Origin: Nanobdellota archaeon
GTDB taxonomy: Archaea; Nanobdellota; Nanobdellia; Woesearchaeales; B3-WOES
Reading direction: 5' to 3'
NCBI GenBank assembly: GCA_023131705.1
Contig: JAGLZG010000182.1
Location: forward strand, 1 to 54,349
Length of the DNA stretch: 54,349 nt
The notes under the pieces are model-generated. The model did not search any database, had not been told where the DNA came from, and was given only the letters and a program-made list of their open reading frames with translations. Shown here one piece after another: positions 50,469 to 54,349 of this stretch (the first letter of the stretch is position 1; every line of letters begins with the position of its first letter). The translations under genes were made by a program, and so were the position numbers.

Positions 50469-53400
50469 ACACTCCTTATTGCATTTCTAAAAGAAGGTTG
50501 TGAACCTAAAGCATCTAAGACAACATCGATAACCCATTTTCTACCATCAAACCGCATTGCTCCTTGTTTAGCACTTACTGGTTGAGTTTTATTTATTACA
50601 TTTATTTGAACATCAGGTTTTGTTTCTTTTCCAACAGGTGTTATTTGAACATGTTCTGTTCCTGCCTCACCAGCTATCATAGGAGTAATACCCTTTGTGT
50701 AAAAATCTGCTCCTTCAGCAAGATGAGGAATACCTTCAAAATGAGGCGTAAATCCTCCAATAGATGTAGAAGCAGAAGAAGTGGTCGTTCCACCTCCCAT
50801 ACCTATTACATTTCCTAAGGCAGTCATTAATGTTCCCCCAATTTTTGCCCCAAGAGCCTGTGCCATAGCATTACGAACAGTGGTTAAGAAATTTAATACA
50901 TAATCTTTAAGATTTTTCAATTTTCCAGAAACAGCATCTACAAAATACTTTCCAAAAGCATCTTGCATATTTTTACATGCTTGTTCCCACATATTTTCCA
51001 TAAGTGTTGTTGTTTTCTTTGTTTTATTCTTTACACTCTCTACATATTCCTCTTTCTTTCTTCTTACCCATTCTGCAATCAAAATTTCTGAAACACCTAA
51101 CTTTCTATACCCTTCTACCTGTTTTGCTAACTGCCATTTTAGATGTTCAAATCCACCATCTCTCATCCTGATAATCTCACCCTGAATTTTTTCTTCAGCA
51201 GCTATTCGTTTTTTGGCAAAATCTGCTTCTGCTTTTAATCTCTTCTTTATTCTATCTATAGCCGCCTTAGCATGTTTTTCTTCCCAAGGCATTATGATAA
51301 ACTCTTCCTTCATATCCCTAATAGAAGCTTCATGAGCTTTTATCTCTAATGCTGTTTCTGCAAGTCTATTTATAATTCTAGCTCTCATATCAATAGCTTC
51401 TTTAGGAATCTGTGCAAGGGATTTAATTAACTTACGCCTTTCCTCTTCTATAGTATGAATTATAGCGATTGTTTCAGACTTAACATAAGGAATTAGTTGA
51501 ACCGCTAAACTCAAGTCGCCGCTCTTAATAGCCTTTTCATATAAAGACCTCATGTTAGTTTTTAAACTACTTATCTCATCGGCAAGCCCAGTTGTAAGTC
51601 CCTTCATTTCAGCCTGAATACCTTTAAGATGTGTTTGAAAATCTTTCCAGCTCTTTTCATCAGCTAAGTCTAAATCACCTAATACTCCTTTCGTAAGAGA
51701 AGAACCTAGTTTTGATATCATAGGACTAACTTTCTTAATAAGTATATCTAATTCATCTATAGCATCCTTAAATGAATCTTTAAGCCAGCCACCTAATTTT
51801 TTAGATGCCTTAGAAGGTTGAAAACCAGGATACATTTCAAAAAAACTCTTATCTTTTGCAGGACTTATCTTATTTTTAAACTTTATTACTGCTTGTGCCC
51901 ATTTAGGCATGTGTTTTTCATAACTTTCCTTAAATTTATTATTCAAATCATCTATTCCATCTTTTACTTCTTCAATATTCTTTGCAACTACCAACGCCGC
52001 CCATGCAACTAATAAAAAAGTTGTTATCATAAGAACCATTGTAATTCTTGCAAACATAGTAGCAGTTCTTAAAGCAATAATTGCTTTAACTTCCTCTTCT
52101 GTAGCCTTAGCTGCTATTCTTCCAGCTCCTGCAAGACCTATAAGAGCTCCAGATAACATAATAACAGGTCTAAAGGCACTCATAGTCATACCTATAACAA
52201 CCCCAAAAATCGACTTAATACCCCATAAAGCCATTGTAAATGCGAGAGCCTTAGCTATTAAACCTCCAAATTCTTTCACGCCACTTGGTATACCTCTAAT
52301 AGCTACACCCAAATATAAAATAGTTTTATACATCTTCATGGTTAAACCTGTCACTTTTTGTAACAACTCACAAAAACTAATCATATTTACTGATAATGCT
52401 TTCTGAAACTTTTCACCAGCCATAGTTTCGTTAACTTGTTTAAAAGCTCTATTAACAGCAACAGCAAAGATGTTTGATGTATCCGCAGCGTTTTTCTGGA
52501 GGAAACCCAGGTCTCTGGCAATAGGAACTGCTTTTATTATAAGTTTCTGAATAGAAATAAGATATTTTTGCCAACCAACAGTATAGGCATATGTAGGAGA
52601 CGCTTTCGCCAACTCTACATAAAGCCCTTTCATTTTATTTCCAATAACTTCAACAACCTCAAAGAAAGCCTTTTTACCTCTTTCACCTCCAGCAACTATA
52701 TCTTTAACAACATGTTCACTAAATTGTGCACCAGACTTAGCTAATCTATCTATAATCTTTATAAGGATATTACCAACTCTTTTCGACCCTTCATGTAAAG
52801 ACTGAATCTCTTGTCTTATCTGTCTTCCTGCATTTCCTGTGGTAGTAGCAATTATGTTAATAAAATCTAAGAAACGAACAAAATTCTTCATATGTTGAGG
52901 TTCAACTATTATACCCCACTGAGCCGCTTCATCAATACCCTGACCTAATTCGGCAACCGTGGAAATCGCCCCAACACAAGCTTCTCTAAAAGCCAACATA
53001 TTAGCATGGGCTTTAGTAAAGGCATCACTAAAATCAACAGCATTAGAACCAAACAACGTCGCAGAAACAGCCATCCTTGCTTGGATTTCTACAAACTCAC
53101 CACTCAACGTAATAGCTTCTTTCATACTTTCTACAAACTTTCCTAACGCATTCTCAATTGCGTTAACCCCTCGATAGATAAAAGTAAATCCAAGACCTAC
53201 TTCTCCAAACCTCTTCCACCAGCTTTGAAGTAAGTCTCCCCCTTCTCTCATTCCTCTGTTCATTTGTTTAGTCTTACTGATATTACTTTTAGCCATTGTG
53301 TTAAAGGTTCTTCTTACTTTCTTAATACCAGATGTCATCTTATTAGTAGTACCTTTCCAAAGAGTCTTAATCTTATTACACATTCCTTTCCAGATTCGGG

Positions 53401-53683
53401 TAGATTGAGTAGTTTCTCTTTTCATAGCACTTCTTATAAGTCCAGAATGCATCATGTCTTTTCCTATAAGTCCTCTCGTAGCTTTTCTAACTCTTGTTGT
53501 AAAACCTTTTATAGCCCGCTCTGTATTAGCAAGGTCTCTTTTAATACGAGCTTTATCAGAACCTATAGTCGTAGATTTTTGCAGAGTTTTTTGTAGCTCC
53601 CTACTTTTATGGGCAAGTGTATTCAGAGCCTTCATTGGCTGAGATATGTCTATATAATATTCATCTCTTAATTCTCTTCCCAC
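50465..53683 (-). CDS. tail tape measure protein
   Basis: 1072 aa, helical, with central TM-like segments and a GTG start. It lies after the chaperone genes. Confidence 0.9.
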   Translation of the reverse strand: MGRELRDEYYIDISQPMKALNTLAHKSRELQKTLQKSTTIGSDKARIKRDLANTERAIKGFTTRVRKATRGLIGKDMMHSGLIRSAMKRETTQSTRIWKGMCNKIKTLWKGTTNKMTSGIKKVRRTFNTMAKSNISKTKQMNRGMREGGDLLQSWWKRFGEVGLGFTFIYRGVNAIENALGKFVESMKEAITLSGEFVEIQARMAVSATLFGSNAVDFSDAFTKAHANMLAFREACVGAISTVAELGQGIDEAAQWGIIVEPQHMKNFVRFLDFINIIATTTGNAGRQIRQEIQSLHEGSKRVGNILIKIIDRLAKSGAQFSEHVVKDIVAGGERGKKAFFEVVEVIGNKMKGLYVELAKASPTYAYTVGWQKYLISIQKLIIKAVPIARDLGFLQKNAADTSNIFAVAVNRAFKQVNETMAGEKFQKALSVNMISFCELLQKVTGLTMKMYKTILYLGVAIRGIPSGVKEFGGLIAKALAFTMALWGIKSIFGVVIGMTMSAFRPVIMLSGALIGLAGAGRIAAKATEEEVKAIIALRTATMFARITMVLMITTFLLVAWAALVVAKNIEEVKDGIDDLNNKFKESYEKHMPKWAQAVIKFKNKISPAKDKSFFEMYPGFQPSKASKKLGGWLKDSFKDAIDELDILIKKVSPMISKLGSSLTKGVLGDLDLADEKSWKDFQTHLKGIQAEMKGLTTGLADEISSLKTNMRSLYEKAIKSGDLSLAVQLIPYVKSETIAIIHTIEEERRKLIKSLAQIPKEAIDMRARIINRLAETALEIKAHEASIRDMKEEFIIMPWEEKHAKAAIDRIKKRLKAEADFAKKRIAAEEKIQGEIIRMRDGGFEHLKWQLAKQVEGYRKLGVSEILIAEWVRRKKEEYVESVKNKTKKTTTLMENMWEQACKNMQDAFGKYFVDAVSGKLKNLKDYVLNFLTTVRNAMAQALGAKIGGTLMTALGNVIGMGGGTTTSSASTSIGGFTPHFEGIPHLAEGADFYTKGITPMIAGEAGTEHVQITPVGKETKPDVQINVINKTQPVSAKQGAMRFDGRKWVIDVVLDALGSQPSFRNAIRSV

Positions 53684-54193
53684 CTTCTATAAACTCCTCA
53701 AAACGTTTTCTTTCGTTTTCATAGAAACCCTCTGTATAACCACCGTGAATTTTCATCAGTTGCTCTAAATGATTAGAAGCCTTCCTATCCCCATTGAAAG
53801 CTGCATTCATAAAACTTGCATCTACAGCCCTTTGTCTCATAGCCTCGTTGAAAAAAATATTAAGCCTACTTTCACCAAACTCTAAAACCTCTGTCAGCGG
53901 AATATGTAGAATATGAGCTATCGTCCCCGCTTTTTCGAGTCGTCTAACAGAGGTGTTTGAAAATTTTTGGGTATTAAGTTTTCATGTAAAAAATCATATA
54001 TTTTCAAAAGTGCGGCAGACCCATAATCCGCAAGGTCTTCAACAGGACATCCAATAATCTTGGAAACTAAAAGGTCATTAGATTCTTCATCATCAAAATC
54101 CTTTGGAAAATCCTTTACAACATACTCCTTCCCTTTAATAACAATCTTCACACCCGTGCTTTTCAGATATTCATCGATGTCCAATGTCTTCAT
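53661..54193 (-). CDS. tail assembly chaperone G-T fusion product via -1 programmed frameshift
   Basis: The -1 frame is open for ~90 codons from the G stop region down to a stop at 53661-53663, with no start codon of its own. The candidate slippery site is G-AAA-AAG. Confidence 0.55.
53918..54193 (-). CDS. tail assembly chaperone (gpG-like)
   Basis: 91 aa, acidic, directly upstream of the tape measure gene, with an AAGGAGG RBS. Confidence 0.65.
   Translation of the reverse strand: MKTLDIDEYLKSTGVKIVIKGKEYVVKDFPKDFDDEESNDLLVSKIIGCPVEDLADYGSAALLKIYDFLHENLIPKNFQTPLLDDSKKRGR
53930..53936 (-). promoter_or_regulatory. candidate -1 frameshift slippery heptamer GAAAAAG
   Basis: The minus strand reads tcG-AAA-AAG-cgg four codons before the 0-frame stop. 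The -1 frame is open from 14 codons upstream of the site. Confidence 0.4.
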
Positions 54194-54349
54194 AAAACCT
54201 CCTTAATAGATATTACTTTACCATTAAAATCTTTACCAAAAACAAACTTTACCTTGAAAGGACTTTGACTCAACTTTCCAAACTCGGTGTCAAAATCCAA
54301 TAACAACTTACAATGCCAAAGTTTAATAGACATCTTCGGGCAAACAATG
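54190..54349 (-). CDS. C-terminal part of the junction-spanning tail tube-like ORF (joins 1..242)
   Basis: Reading from position 1 into 54349 stays in frame for 53 codons. It ends in a TGA that overlaps the ATG of the chaperone gene (ATGA). Confidence 0.55.
   Translation of the reverse strand, partial: IVCPKMSIKLWHCKLLLDFDTEFGKLSQSPFKVKFVFGKDFNGKVISIKEVL

Larger units (their letters stand above)
1..54349. mobile_element. complete (circularly permuted) tailed-phage genome, siphovirus-like with lambda-type tail tip
   Basis: A full set of packaging, head, tail, lysis, replication and nucleotide-metabolism genes is present. No host housekeeping genes were seen. One ORF is continuous and in frame across the two window ends. 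Confidence 0.8.

Noticed and set aside
1-54349. Integrase, excisionase, CI-like repressor or attP, which would indicate a temperate lifestyle
   Set aside because: No tyrosine or serine recombinase motifs or large HTH-peptidase repressor were recognised. Lifestyle therefore cannot be assigned. The small RHH/HTH proteins could still mediate lysogeny-like control.

Overview
The window reads as an essentially complete, circularly permuted tailed-phage genome of about 54.3 kb. It is siphovirus-like with a lambda-type M-L-K-I/J tail tip, AT-rich by eye, and uses strong AGGAGG-type RBSs with ATGA/TAATG translational coupling. No rRNA, tRNA, CRISPR array, integrase or transposase was recognised. There are three transcription blocks. 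(1) A late structural block on the minus strand runs 8718->1 (TerS, TerL, portal, XkdF-like protease, scaffold, decoration, capsid, head-tail joining, tail tube). It continues in frame across the window ends into 54349->40708 (G/GT chaperone with a -1 frameshift, tape measure, gpM/L/K-like, a gpI-gpJ fusion, fibres, LamG protein, XhlA-like protein). (2) A leftward block 17584->8870 carries two RHH-type regulators, a HAD nucleotidase, membrane/holin-like proteins, a signal-anchored lytic transglycosylase, a lipoprotein, dCTP deaminase and class III RNR NrdD. (3) A rightward block 19415->40673 carries many small early genes, a superinfection-immunity protein, an ArdC-N-like protein, two ParB-fold proteins, a sigma factor, a Cas4-like nuclease / AAA_24 ATPase / DUF669-like module, a ParB-methyltransferase fusion, a UDG-like-PolA fusion and a DUF3987-like ATPase. 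Blocks 2 and 3 diverge from a 1.8 kb ORF-free control region (17585..19414) that is full of repeats, has consensus promoters at both edges and contains an origin-like AT-rich palindrome. The most interesting content is a phage-borne four-gene ubiquitin-like conjugation cassette at 23271..25881: a beta-grasp Ubl, an E2-like protein with an HxH-x4-G-x2-CL active-site motif, a minimal ThiF-type E1 and a JAMM/JAB protease. It is bracketed by a three-member paralog family with an invariant C-terminal WSG-x5-I tail. In the same genome the tail-tip gpK homolog has lost its JAB domain and the gpI Ubl (ending in GG) is fused to gpJ. Further unexplained DNA-level signals are a strand-specific, roughly 26-copy TGTCGG motif confined to the rightward block with a 6-copy array at its head, a dispersed palindromic hairpin family, and a duplicated ~70-nt leader element. 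All homology statements come from reading motifs by eye; no searches or computations were run.
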